Shown here in pieces: positions 30,401 through 42,700 of a DNA stretch of 64,000 bases. The notes beneath the pieces were generated by a model. That model was not told the origin of the DNA and made no database searches. It was given only the letters and a program-made list of their open reading frames with translations. The stretch lies in the NCBI GenBank assembly GCA_037379345.1, contig CM074517.1, forward strand, positions 2,542,001-2,606,000. Reading direction: 5' to 3'. Position numbers and translations under genes: made by a program. Every line of letters starts with the position of its first letter. The first letter of the stretch is position 1. The stretch is from Perna viridis. Lineage: Eukaryota.

Positions 30401-33400
30401 CAAAATAGAAAGTGTGTTCACAAATATACTAGAGCAATAGGTAGTCATAATGCAATTGACAATATAAGTCTATAATCATAATAATACTAAATTACACTGG
30501 TTATCACTTTGAAGTTGTCAATATCTGTCAATTACATTTTGAAACTGTCAGATTTTACACCAGTTAAACAAATAACACAACAAATATCAGGTTAAATTTA
30601 CTTAGTTTATCACTTTATTTACTCTTAAAGAAAATGCTAACCATTGTGAATGGACAACCTAATCATCTGGTCTTACTGGGTGTATTTAAATGTAATTATA
30701 TCAGTTATAAATATACCAATTAAGATAAACTTCCAAGGTAACCCAAACAATTTAGTCACACATGGCACAGTTATTCTAAGATGAAATCTGAGTACAGCAC
30801 TGTGCAGATCTATCTAAAGAGACAACAGACAAGAGCCTTGACTTAGAACTTTGAAGACAATCACTTAGACCCACAGATATTCTGTCATTAAGTCCATGCT
30901 TTAGGGACATTTCCTAGTTGTTGGGTCCAACACTGATTCTAATTTAAATCTGTGTATATCCAATACAATACTATGATTTTAAATTAACCAATACTAAAAA
31001 ATATCTATCTGTTAATGCAACATGCAGTTTTATAAGTGGATCAATTGGAAGGTCACTTGACCAAATGCCTAATCAGTCTTCCACCTGTAGGTCATGTTTT
31101 GTGTCTCCTACCAGTTGCCTTGGGAAGTAAATACATGCTGTAATAACTGTTAATATTACAAGAATGTTGCCAGAAATACTGTTTAACGTCTATAAGTTTT
31201 TAATATTCTAATAGGGTGATTTCAATTCAAACGGTTTAAACTGTTCAAAGTCACATTAATTGTTTGTACACAATACATTTTGAGTACTACTTCAACAATT
31301 AACTATAGCTTTTAAACAAGTTACCCCTTGATGTGCATAAAATAATCTGATTTGAAAGAATACTTCAATCCTACAGTTTCAATGAGTGTTGATTATGGGT
31401 TTATTTTGATAATCCTATTTAGAACTGTAATAAATTGCAATTAAATTTCTAATTAGTTAATTGTAATGCAAATCAAATGATTTCATATCATATTAAAAGT
31501 ATTTAATGCACTGAAAGAGTTTATTCTGATAATAAAACTTCAATGATAGCTTATTCATTTTGTCTCTTTTTTCTGCACTTTTATGCTTATATCAAATTTA
31601 TTGAGGTTTCTTGGGCAGTCCCGTATTTTGAAAATAGCCACATATTTTTGGGCACATATATTAGCTATACATTGTAATATATATTCCTTCATGGGTATGA
31701 GTATGTGTGAAAATGCAAACAGAGTTGCCTTTCATGGTCTTCCTAGCAATGAGCTCAGTTCCTATTAGAGGGAGGTCTATGTTACAACAAGGCATTAAAT
31801 TCAAGTTAATTTATCAGTACTGATTTTAAAATATAACAACCTATCACTGGTTTATTTCACAGTATATACACATGTTAGTGCTTATGTACTACGCTGAGTT
31901 TTCATTGTATGAATCATGTGAACATGAACAAAAAATAAAACAAGACATTGTAAATTTTCTAAAGCTCTAAACCTTATAGCAACCTAACAACATGTTTTAT
32001 ATCATGACAACTAAAGTATTTATTCTTCCAGTACTTCACTCATAAATAAGATCGTTCAATGTACAAAAGAATCCTAAGGTTTCAACTTTTAATATTATGA
32101 TTACTTCTTGACCCCCTAGTCTGAAAAACACCAAATAAAAGTCTCAATTTTATGTTAAATTTACCATTAATTGCAATTTATACCTAAACCTGTATCAAGA
32201 CACCATTTAAATTTTTAATTTGTACTTTACTACTGGATTTCTTTTTCACAACTAGTTATATATACCATTATGTCTTTAATTTTCACTATTCAAATCCAAT
32301 AGAAACAGTCTATATCAATATTTAAGTATGGTAAAAATGGAATTTATTTATGTACAGTTGCTCAAATTAAATTTAAAGGGAAAATGGTAAAAGGATCAAC
32401 TGCTTTGACGTACAATCATCCCTTACACAAATACAATAATATTTAAATTTACTTCAAATATTTGAAAGTCTAGGTTCTCTGATACAAACATTACACTATA
32501 ATTCTATAGTCTTCTATGAACACATTGTAGCTCTGCTTACCAGTACCATTAAGTTACATGTAGAAGCAGAAAATGTACACGGTACAATGTAGTTTCGCTG
32601 GGGCTCCTGATGCAAAAAGAATCCTAACTGACAATATATTATATACTGCCCTTGAAGATTTTAATGGCAGTCAAACCAGACTATTGTTACATACATGTTA
32701 TATGACATGTATCAATATATACATGTAGTCTCTTTCTCAGTTGCCAAGATATTTGAACTATGATTTTTAAATAACACATTAAAATGCCCTGACTTTAAAT
32801 TTAAAGGGCTTTAATAAAAAAGTTTGTTAAATCAGGTACAATATCAAATACTATACATATATTAATTTATATGTTTAATCTGATACACATATCTTCTAAG
32901 TGAAGGAACTAAGGACTTCATTTGTATGATTTTTTTTCTGTAAAGTAAAACCAACCAAAATGTAAAGTTGCAAAAAGGAAAACAATTTTTGTCATGATTT
33001 CATTTAAACCTCATAAAGAAATGGAGTACAATATCCTGTATTACATCCAATAATAGCAGTACATTTAGTATTAATTACACATTTACATTCTAAATTATAC
33101 ATGTACATTGTACTGGTGTAATTTCCAATTGCTGTTCAACATATACACATTACTAATTTATGTACATACAGTACACTCAAAATACCAATAAAACTGTTAA
33201 TAGAAATCTAACAAAGCAAATAAAGTATGGTAACAGAACTAAGCAGACAGGAACTTGATTGCTGATCAATTTGTCTATACAGTTAAAATCGATTTGGATT
33301 TCCCTATCGTTACAAGGAGAACAGTTTTATTAGAATTTAAATATCCACTTCACAAACAATTCATATTCATGTGAACATGATGGAAACACTTGTTAAAATT

Positions 33401-36056
33401 TAAAAGGGTGGTGATGGTAATCCTTTGATCTTAAAAGATGTGTATTTAAAAAGTGTTACTTTCTAATCATTTCAAAGCAGCATTACACAAACCTATCTTG
33501 AAGAGAAAATTGTATACAAGTACAAAAAAATGCATATGTACATGTACTAACATGATGATTATTAAATAAGGTAACATTTAACATTTTTATATTTTAGCTG
33601 TCAATTATTAGCCAAAAAAAATTGACATAAAGAGATAAAGATATACATGTAGTTTGTTATCTTATACTACATAATGTGAGAGTACATGTACCAATATTAG
33701 TGTATGTAATCACAAAAGTAACTAGATAAGGATAAAGGGTTTCTGAAGAATTCCCAGAAACTAGTCCTCTGTCAGTTCAGACAAATGAAATTTCAGCCAG
33801 AATGACATCTTGAGAGAAAGAAAAAGTTCAGACTGGTACAAATTTTCCCCAGTGCTGTCCAAAAACTTTACACTTAAGTGACTGGCCAATAAAAACTCTT
33901 TCAGGATGGCAGAACATTTTAATTGCCAGTTCAAATAGTTTACAACTATTCCTTTGAGCAAATTTGGGAAAGTTCTGCTTCTATTTACTTCATTTATTTT
34001 GAGGCCTTTTACAGCTTGCTTTATGGTTTGGGTTTTACCCATCATTGAAAACTCTGTGGTGATCTGTAGAAGTTTAATTGTTTGTTACTTGGTTTTTGGT
34101 AACTGTCTCATTGTCAAACACATCTCCTATTTTTATATTTTGGAGGGACATTTGTACAAGTATTGTACACAATTATGGAATTATGAGTTATTATTCAAAT
34201 TAGTCTGAGACTTGTTTAAATTCTCACAGTAAATTATTCATCTTGAATCTGAGTGCATGCAGTATGACAATCATTATGTACGAATCCTTAATGAATTTCA
34301 ATATCCCACTACTAATTAGATGAATTGAATTGCATTAATTCATGCACTTTGAAGTAGATTTTTTTAGCATTTTGTCAAATCAATATTTTTAAAATGGGTA
34401 AATTTTCCCAAAATGCAAGACATCAATAGATAGATTGATTATTTCAAAGTTTTATAAATAAATCCCTCTTATCAAAATGTAGTTATTTCCAGATGATTAC
34501 TATACACTGTACATTTTTTTCTCTCAGTCTTTTGCACTGAAATCATGATAACAATGCTTACGAAATAAAATCTATGACTACCAATACTCACTTGAGCAAG
34601 TTCATGGGTGTCTGTTCCATATGTTTTACCAACTCTGTATTTAATCTGTGGACAGTAACCTCGATATCTGAAGACACAAATATGCAAAAGGTACAAAATA
34701 TGTTCAAATCTTGTGGAAATATTTTTTAAAGTATAAATATGACTTAAAATACATAAATTGACATACAGTTCTGTTATAGAGTATGATAGTTCTGGATTAT
34801 GTGGATATATGACAGATTCATTTTTTGCATAAAAGCACTTTTAATTTACTTGTTCATTACAAAACAATGACATATGTGTACAAAAATTAGTTAGCATAAA
34901 GTTCCTGCTAGTTAAAACTGTCCTGTAACCAGTAAATGAATTACATGAAGAATTGACCTGTTAGATTTCATATTTTTGTTGATATACTTGTATAAAATAT
35001 AGCAGCTAATCTTTAAATAAAAAAAAATGATAAAAACTTACAATAATTACACATCTTCTTACATGAACATGTACAATAAAGTACTATGCAAAGGCAAACA
35101 TACAATGTACATGTATACAAACATCAATTTAATGTAATATGACACTGGCTTTATAAATGTATATTCAACTTAAAAATGCCCTAAATGGCATTACAAAAAG
35201 CCTGAAAAGGGCAAATGTATATTTGCACTAAGAACTAAATTTGATTACATTTCATTCTTGTTACTCATCTTATATCATGGAATGAATAAACAAACAACTT
35301 CAAAATTTGCAAATTGGCAAGAACTGTTTCTGTCTTTTCTTTGATGAGAAGCACCATATTTGATTTCCTACACCTAGTCAGTTAATAACTAGTACATTGC
35401 CTGGGTTTCATAAAAAAATCTCAAGTTGAGTATTTTCCGAAATATTTCTTCAACTGAAATTGGATATTTGAAGAAAATCTCAACTTGAGATTTTTTTTTA
35501 TGAAACTGGGCCCTGAAGAAGAAGATTGCAACGAGATTCTCTCACCAACAAAATCATGCACGATCAGTAAAATTACATGACATAACAAAAATATGAAACG
35601 TCAGACCAAGATTGGCACATACACAAACCATATGCAAGCATTTACATGAGCTATATTTTCATAAAGTTACATGTAGTAGGGGTATGAACAAAAGGCAAGG
35701 AGATAAAAAATTGTACCTGAAATAAGTGCCTGTGGTATGAACTTATGATTCCAAAGGAGTGTTTCAGGCTTTACTTGTCTCATATACATTATACATAATC
35801 TACATGTATAGTATATTTGCTCTGCGTATTCAATGCTGACATCAAAATGTATATAATTGTTTTTCAAGGATACAAATCTTCACTTCACATAACTGAAGGT
35901 TTAAACAACAAGTTGTTACCTCTTAATATTGAAATAGGATCATGGCCAAGATAATAGACAAATGACATACCCAGGCACGTGTGTTCCATCCCTTAAAGCT
36001 GCAAAATTCCGTCTTTGATCAAGACTTGGTCCACCACCAAATGCAATAGTGGTCAT
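24354..36056 (-). CDS. FAM166B: FAM166A/B-like (CIMIP2 family) ciliary microtubule inner protein, 319 aa; complement(join(24354..24466,24851..24987,25154..25343,26729..26956,28856..28985,34592..34667,35971..36056))
   Basis: Seven exons total 960 nt with matching phases. Four PGYxGYxP-type repeats (HVPGYRGYCPQIKYRVGKTYG, MVPGYTGYIPRMPFKFGNTY, PMPGYRGYIPR, MIPKYTGYIPHKRYVFGNTYG) are characteristic of FAM166/DUF2475. Paralogue assignment (A vs B) is uncertain. Confidence 0.85.
24851..24987 (-). CDS. FAM166B: FAM166-like exon 6 (VPMEKLSIP...GMIPKYTGYIP)
   Basis: TTTTAG/GTAAGT boundaries, 137 nt. Confidence 0.88.
25154..25343 (-). CDS. FAM166B: FAM166-like exon 5 (ENKRPLTEPPMPGYRGYIPR...QALK)
   Basis: TATAG/GTAT boundaries, 190 nt. 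Confidence 0.88.
25735..26498. repeat. About 42-43-bp minisatellite, about 18 copies (FAM166 intron 4)
   Basis: Unit TACCCTGTGATGAAGGCTTATGGGTACATTTCAGATGTATTC with length variants. Confidence 0.92.
26729..26956 (-). CDS. FAM166B: FAM166-like exon 4 (YIPRMPFKFGNTYKEDCD...REILL)
   Basis: TTTAG/GTAAG boundaries, 228 nt. Confidence 0.88.
28856..28985 (-). CDS. FAM166B: FAM166-like exon 3 (GTIHVAPT...GDNKYTQNMVPGYTG)
   Basis: TTTTCAG/GT boundaries, 130 nt. Confidence 0.85.
29095..30395. repeat. Diverged ~33-bp minisatellite, about 39 copies
   Basis: Unit TACTCAGTAGTATTACATTAGGTCAGTGATTGG. Confidence 0.9.
34592..34667 (-). CDS. FAM166B: FAM166-like exon 2 (YRGYCPQIKYRVGKTYGTDTHELAQ)
   Basis: TTCAG/GTGAGT boundaries. 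Confidence 0.88.
35399..35513. mobile_element. Hairpin MITE remnant
   Basis: GTTTCATAAAAAAATCTCAAGTTGAG...CTCAACTTGAGATTTTTTTTTATGAAAC inverted repeat. Confidence 0.5.
35971..36056 (-). CDS. FAM166B: FAM166-like exon 1 (MTTIAFGGGPSLDQRRNFAALRDGTHVPG)
   Basis: ATG at 36056, donor GTATGT, phase 2 matches the next exon. Confidence 0.8.
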
Positions 36057-36382
36057 TGTTTTACGAAGCCAGAACCCGGTTAGAGAAATCTGTTTTGACA
36101 CCTGTAATGTAATGGATTATCCAAAGAAAGGTTGTAATACGTGTTTGGATAAATTGATCGGTAGTGTGTTGTCTAGGGCGCTTTAAGTTGCTAAGGTGTT
36201 CTGCTTTCAAGCATTCAACCAATAAAATACGCCGCTGTTTACCTGAACTCCACGCACTACTGATTTTCGATGTCATTCCTTCAACCGGAAGTTAAAGTGC
36301 CCCTGCGTGAATGTAAAATTCAAGATGGAGTTTGTTTACATATGAGACGAACTTTTGTCCCAGAGGATTTTCCTTTTAAACC
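36057..36382. promoter_or_regulatory. Bidirectional promoter/5'UTRs shared by the FAM166-like (-) and Nanchung-like TRPV (+) genes
   Basis: Divergent ATGs 326 bp apart and locally CpG-richer sequence. X-box-like GTTGTCTAGGGCGC (36168-36181) and GTTGCTAAGGTGTT (36187-36200), CCAAT (36219-36223), forkhead TGTTTAC (36236-36242), ETS CCGGAAGT (36285-36292), YY1-like CAAGATGG (36321-36328). Confidence 0.7.
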
Positions 36383-36746
36383 ATGGGGAATACAACAGTC
36401 GTTGCATCCAGTGTCAAAGAGCAAGCAGATGCTGGAGCAAAAGAACTTTACAATCTTGTTGATCTGAAGGGTGGGGGTGAACTTGTAGAATTAATGAAAA
36501 GGGCAAGATGGACAAAAAATTTCAAAGAGGTTGATGATAAAATAAATAATGAGGTTAAAAATTTTCTCTATGACGAGGGAAGAGGGAAGAAAATTCCAAT
36601 TGTAGATTTGATCATGATGAGAAGTCAAGAAAGAGAAAGCCGTAAACCTAAGATAGGAAAAGACAAACGATTGAAAGAAAGAGATTTGGCTTTAATCGAT
36701 ATGAATTTTCCAGATGCTGAGGCCAATTATTTAAGGAACAAACCAG
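36383..36746 (+). CDS. nan: TRPV exon 1
   Basis: ORF 36383, donor GTAT at 36747, phase 1. Confidence 0.9.
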
Positions 36747-39700
36747 GTATATACATCTGATAACAACTTTTGTATAATAGCTTGATGGTTCACCTATCAG
36801 ATTCCTCATTAGCTGTTCTGTTTACCCATTATAATACATTTTTTGTACTGTTGTCCATTTTTGGAAGTAAAGTTTAAACTGTTCGAAGTTCAAATCTAAA
36901 ATATTTCAAGTTGGTACTTAAAAGATATTACAACGACAATTCTAATGAGGTTTAAAATCAACATATTAACAGAAGCAAATACGACACTCAAATAAACAGC
37001 ATCACTACACACAATACAGAAAAGCATGCAGATAAAAAATGGCAACATTTTGAGACAGATCGTACATTTGTATATGGTTGTACCAAAATTTGTATGGATG
37101 TAAAACTCACCACAAAACAACTCATATGGCTTGTCAAGGATATTTTGAAATTTTTAAATATTATTCAACTCAGGCTTCTGAGGTTTTTATTAACATTTAT
37201 CAAATTCATCAAAACAAACATGTACATGAATATAAGAAAATTTTAGCATTGAATCAGTCAGATATCAGTCTGATCAGAGACATATGATACAGATAAGAAA
37301 CTTGTTGATCAGCAGTTTATTGATAAACTATCATGCAGCGAAGAATGAGATTTACTGACCTTTCTATTTATTAGTTTAATAAATAAGTGAAAGTAAGGTA
37401 CATTTTCCCTTTTAGTTGAAATGTTCTGAAATAAATTGTAATAGTTGCCCAAGTGATGAAAGAGTGGGAAACCGAAGATTTCATTTAATTATCTTGTGAA
37501 ACAAAAAAGTTTGATAGGTTAAATTGAAAATTATGAATTTAATTTTGAATTATTTTCATATTCATAAAAATTTTGTGGGGGGTGTAGGAAAATTGTTTTG
37601 CATTCTTTCTTTTTTTTTTTTAAAAAAAAATATGGTATGAACATGAAGCTACATGTAAGTCTAAGATTTTACAGAATTTTATTTCAATATTTGTTTTTAA
37701 TAATGTTTTTTTACTTATGTTCATTTAAAGTCAGGTTGTTATTATTGATTAAGTAAGAACAAGATCTTGTTTCCTGCTGCGTGTTAATTTGAGATTTCAG
37801 TTGGTTGCAAATCTTTTTTGATCTAATCCACTTATTCTTGAGGAGATGCATGATGATGTATAGTAAACAATATGAAATATCATTTCCTTCTTGAGGACAG
37901 TTTTCTTGTATGTAAAGTACATTGAAGTAAAAGAGTTATAGACAAAGAAAATATGTGCTTCAGGTCCTTCTATCATACGTGTACATGTATAATAATTAGG
38001 TTCCATATTGACTGATAAAAACATCACTAACTTGAAATATATGAAGTTTCTACTTTTCTCTAAGAAAAAGTAAGTTAGGATATAGATTTATGTTTTCAGC
38101 TTGATTTTTACATGTAATTGTACATGTACATGGGTTATCTACATGTATACTATCTGCGCACTTACTTGTTTATTAGTTGTGCACCTTTACAAATGTGTAG
38201 TAAATATATATCTAGTTGAATGGCTGAATAATAAAACCTGGAGATATACATGTACAACAAAACATTCTACATTATCAATAAGCCCAAAATATTATTGGAG
38301 GAAAAAGATTACACTGAAATGAACATCACTATGTACTTACATGGTACACACAATGTACATTGATTTACAGTATGGAAGAAAAGAAAGGTGTAAAATTCTT
38401 TATTGATGTTGTTTGTAGTTCTCTGACTATATATTTTCCACTTGTTTGTAGCTGACACATTACCAGGTAAGATTTCTGTGGCTTGGTCATTATCAACCCA
38501 ACAATATATTTCTCCCATTTATAAATTTGTAAATGTAATGTACATCCAGCATCAGAAACCTCCCATATACAAAACCTATTGGTTTATTAGTGTATTTCAT
38601 TATAAACAATAATTTACCAAATTCTGAGAGTTGACTTCATTTAGTTCAGGGAAACAGGATTGCACATAGCATTAGGCATGTAACAGACTCTAGAATTGCT
38701 TTGTCTTTTTTCATCAACATTCAAATCTTGACTCTGGGTGCGTTATTTAAACCTCAATATGGACAATTTGGATAGAGTTTGAATTCATTGTTCATTGAAA
38801 TTGTAAAAAATAACTTTGAAAATATACTACCATGAGTACAGTACTTGCATAGTTATGTTACATCTACAATCTGACAATATTGGATTTATTGGTTTTTTTT
38901 TTATAAATTGAACAAACTTGAACTCTTATGATTTAGAGTGACATACTTATTGAACAACATGGTTAATGTGGTGTTAAACATGGTGTAATTGTTATGATCA
39001 GTAAATATTTCCCTGTATACAAGTAACTCTTTGTATGTGTACTTTCCGTGCCAGTGTTAACCTAGTTGATTTACCATTGTCATTCCCCTATAATACTTTT
39101 TGAAGTAGGCTAGAAATGCAAGATGGTGTTGCCACTCACCAGTAATGGTTATTTTGGTTAAATATGACCTGTAAATGGAGATTATTTTGCAATTTTTCTG
39201 CCCTCAAAAAAAAATCACTTCCAAAATTGATTATGCTTACAATGCACCTAGGTGACTTGAATGGTACTAATGCAACTATATTTTTTGCCAAACATATGAG
39301 TACCCATACATGAACACGTAGCTTTTAGTATGCACAAATGTGAGGAACATCAAAAATATATTTCATGTATTAATCATGCAATATGAAAATAATCAGATGA
39401 AAAACTATGACATGCACTGTTATATGTAGTTTACTCCTGGGAAAAGATCTATTCAACTTTCTAGACATGTCAAATCTATGAATTTTAACACATGAAAAAC
39501 TTCTAGCTTCATCCAGTCTTTTAATGATCTTGGGTTTTATTTCTAGTGTCTTGGGGTCTAAACTTGCTCTTCCTGATTGAATTGTTCAGAAATTAATGTT
39601 TTGTATGATTTGTCTCTGTCAATTAATTTTCAGTCATATGAATTCGGTAGAACAATTTTTAGCAGAATTGTCGATAGATACAATACAACAACATCATTGG

Positions 39701-42700
39701 ATAGCAATTAAATTTTGCTGCAGGTCTCTTTGTCAATAATTAAAAAAAAATATTCATAGGGATGGAGAATGAGCCATGTCCTAAATTTGTAGATCCTCAG
39801 TCAAAACATGAATGGCTCAAAATGTTTTTGTCGGAAATGACTTATGCAATGAAAATATGATTGTTTGAACTGTTAATGCAAACACATATCATGTGTTATG
39901 AAAAGTCTTGCATATTTCAGTTGGTGGAAACATCAGTAATATAACAACATAACGATACATTATCAATAAAGTTAAATTTTAATACAAATAAATAGCTCTG
40001 TCTCCCACAAGCCTTAAATGATGTTACTGCTATATATGTTTATTCTTGACAACAATGATTGATTAAACAATTTAATTGTAGTGAGTGATGTATGCCACTT
40101 TTTAGGCAGGTGGAGGGAGGATAGTAATTGGGGTCTTTCTTTCCCTCTGATACACATATGGGGACCTTATCTGTTACTCCTTCTACTCCACAGAATGGAA
40201 TTTTATGAAACTTCATGGAATCTTTTTTTTTTTTATTATTTTGCTATTTATTTCAATATGCTTTATTTACCATTACAGATTTATTATGCATTTTTTGGAT
40301 AGTTGCATAAATTTGCATCATCTCCATTTATTGTTTTATGGTTTTGTTTTTATTTGCATGTTATTCAGGTTATATTTTGTGTTGCTTACTTGCCAAACTG
40401 CTTGTTTTTCTTGGAAGCTATAAGATAAAAGCTGGGAAGGCAGCTACCAACATTTTTTTAGCTTAAGTTAACCTTTATATTTAAATACACTTATTATGTG
40501 GTCTTTTTGTATCTACAGGCCATGAAGGGTTTTAACTTCATTTGAAGTTGGATTCAGTCCTAAGTTATGAAATTTTTCTGTATTTACCTTTATTTAACTT
40601 TGTAATGTAGAAAAGTAATAATGGTAAGAACATGTTTCAGTACATTCAGAAACATTACACTCACAATAACTTCATGTACATACTTAATTCTTGTAAATTA
40701 ATACATGGAAGCATTTGTTTAAAAACAACAAATATAATATATTTGGTCCTTTTGATGTTTAGGTATTTATTTTTTTTATTTTACAGACCGTAAGTATCGT
40801 GAAGAATGCTGGGATGTCAACAAGAGAGGAACTGTTGGAGAAAACATTCTTCATATCTGTGTGCTGTTATCCACTGCCATTCATGCTGATTTAGCTAAGA
40901 GACTCATCAAAAGATATCCTAAACTGATCAATGATATTTATCTCAAGGATGAGTATTATGGTAAGGTAACAAGAGCAATTAAATAATGGTGGCAGTGGTG
41001 GGACATTGAACTGAAATTAGTACTTCAGAACTGTAACCTTTTTGGGTTCTTGATCCTCTGACAGGAGCATAAAATGTGTTGAGCATGTTTTATTAAACAT
41101 ACTTATCAGTCATAATCTTCATCCTTTCATGAATATTTTATTTTTGATAAACAGGATGTGAAGGGCAGTGATTTTAACCAAATAAAATTGGCATGAAAAT
41201 TCTAATTGATAAAAAGTGTCTCCTTATGGAAAATCATGTGTTCATCAAGGAAATTATCAATTTATGGTAAAATGATGAATGTATTTTCTCTTATTCTTAG
41301 TTGTTCATACAGATGACATATCATTTTATTTTATCGTGTAAAATCTTTTATTTCAATGAACTTGATAATTTATGTCTCTTAGTTAAAAAGAGACTTTGTT
41401 TACATTCTTCTCCTCCCAAATCTCTTCTGTATTAGCATATCTATTCTCAGAATGATATCCTAGAAAATTGAACTATGAGTATAAAACAAGGTGTCATTTA
41501 AATCTAGAACTATTTTGGATTTAAGAAAATAAGTAAGAAAATTATTTATTAAACTTACCCCTACTATGGGAGTTAGTCATGCCATCATTACCAATGGGGT
41601 TTAGTAAGATTCCTTGACTGGTTATCCTACTAACCCTACCCCTTAGCCATGCCGGCATGACTAACCCCCTATTAGAGGTTAGTTTTAAAAATTTATTTTT
41701 TAGGCATTTTCTTAATTCCAAAATAATTCCAAATTCAAACAATACCTTGTTATATCACCATTACACAGTTGGTTGTATACTTGTATGATTTCATGACATT
41801 AGTCTTTGACTTTTGAGGTATTGTCAAAGAATGAAATGTGAGGTAATAAAGTCAATCAGGTAAAAATTTACCCCAAGCTAATCAATGCTAATTGCAAGAG
41901 GAGAAAATAATATTGGTAAATGTATGTGCTTAGTTTGTGTCAGAATTGCTGAAGGATTGTCTGCAAATGAATGCAGGCTAATAAATTTATAGCAAAAACA
42001 AGTTTCTAATGAATTTTGTATTGAATAAGGGTGATAACATTGTAACAATTGCTAGAAATTTGGCAAAAACCACAACAAAATGATAAATACATTGTATCCT
42101 GTATGAATTTATTGCTAAACCATATATGTTTAGCATGAAAGGTGGGGGGGGCATTTATTTTTTATATTTTATATTAAGTTTTGAATGTGATCTCTTCTTT
42201 TTAAAGATTCACCAAGTTCTCTGCTTTTCCTTTTATATAATCAGTAATACGACTTTGATTTTGTTTTCAAAATCAACAGATACAAATGTAGTTCAAAATC
42301 TGCCTTTTCTTTGTTGTTAAATTCAACCTTTCAATAAAATCAATTTTAATCCAAACATAAAATTCTTGTATCAAAGAAAGATATATAAATAAGTTAAGCC
42401 AGATTACTCCATGGATGTAACCTTTTAGGGAGGTACATAGTAAGAAATTAGTTGAAAAATAGAAGAACTAATTTGTTAAGCATGAGTTATATCCTTTTGC
42501 CATTACCTGCGTCCGTCGTTGTCTTTGTTGTTAACAATTTTTCGAAACTATTCTCCTCTGAAATTACTTTACCAATTGGAACTAAACTTGGTATGAATGT
42601 TCCTTTGGATATCCTGCATAGAATTGGTGAGGGGATTTTTTATTCTTCAAAAACCATGGCCGCCATTACTAAAAATAGAACATAGGGGTCAGACAGTTGT

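Noticed and set aside
36061-36467. ORFs 36061..36276 (-) and 36270..36467 (+) in the promoter
   Set aside because: No recognisable homology, and the TSS positions are unknown, so a uORF role cannot be supported.
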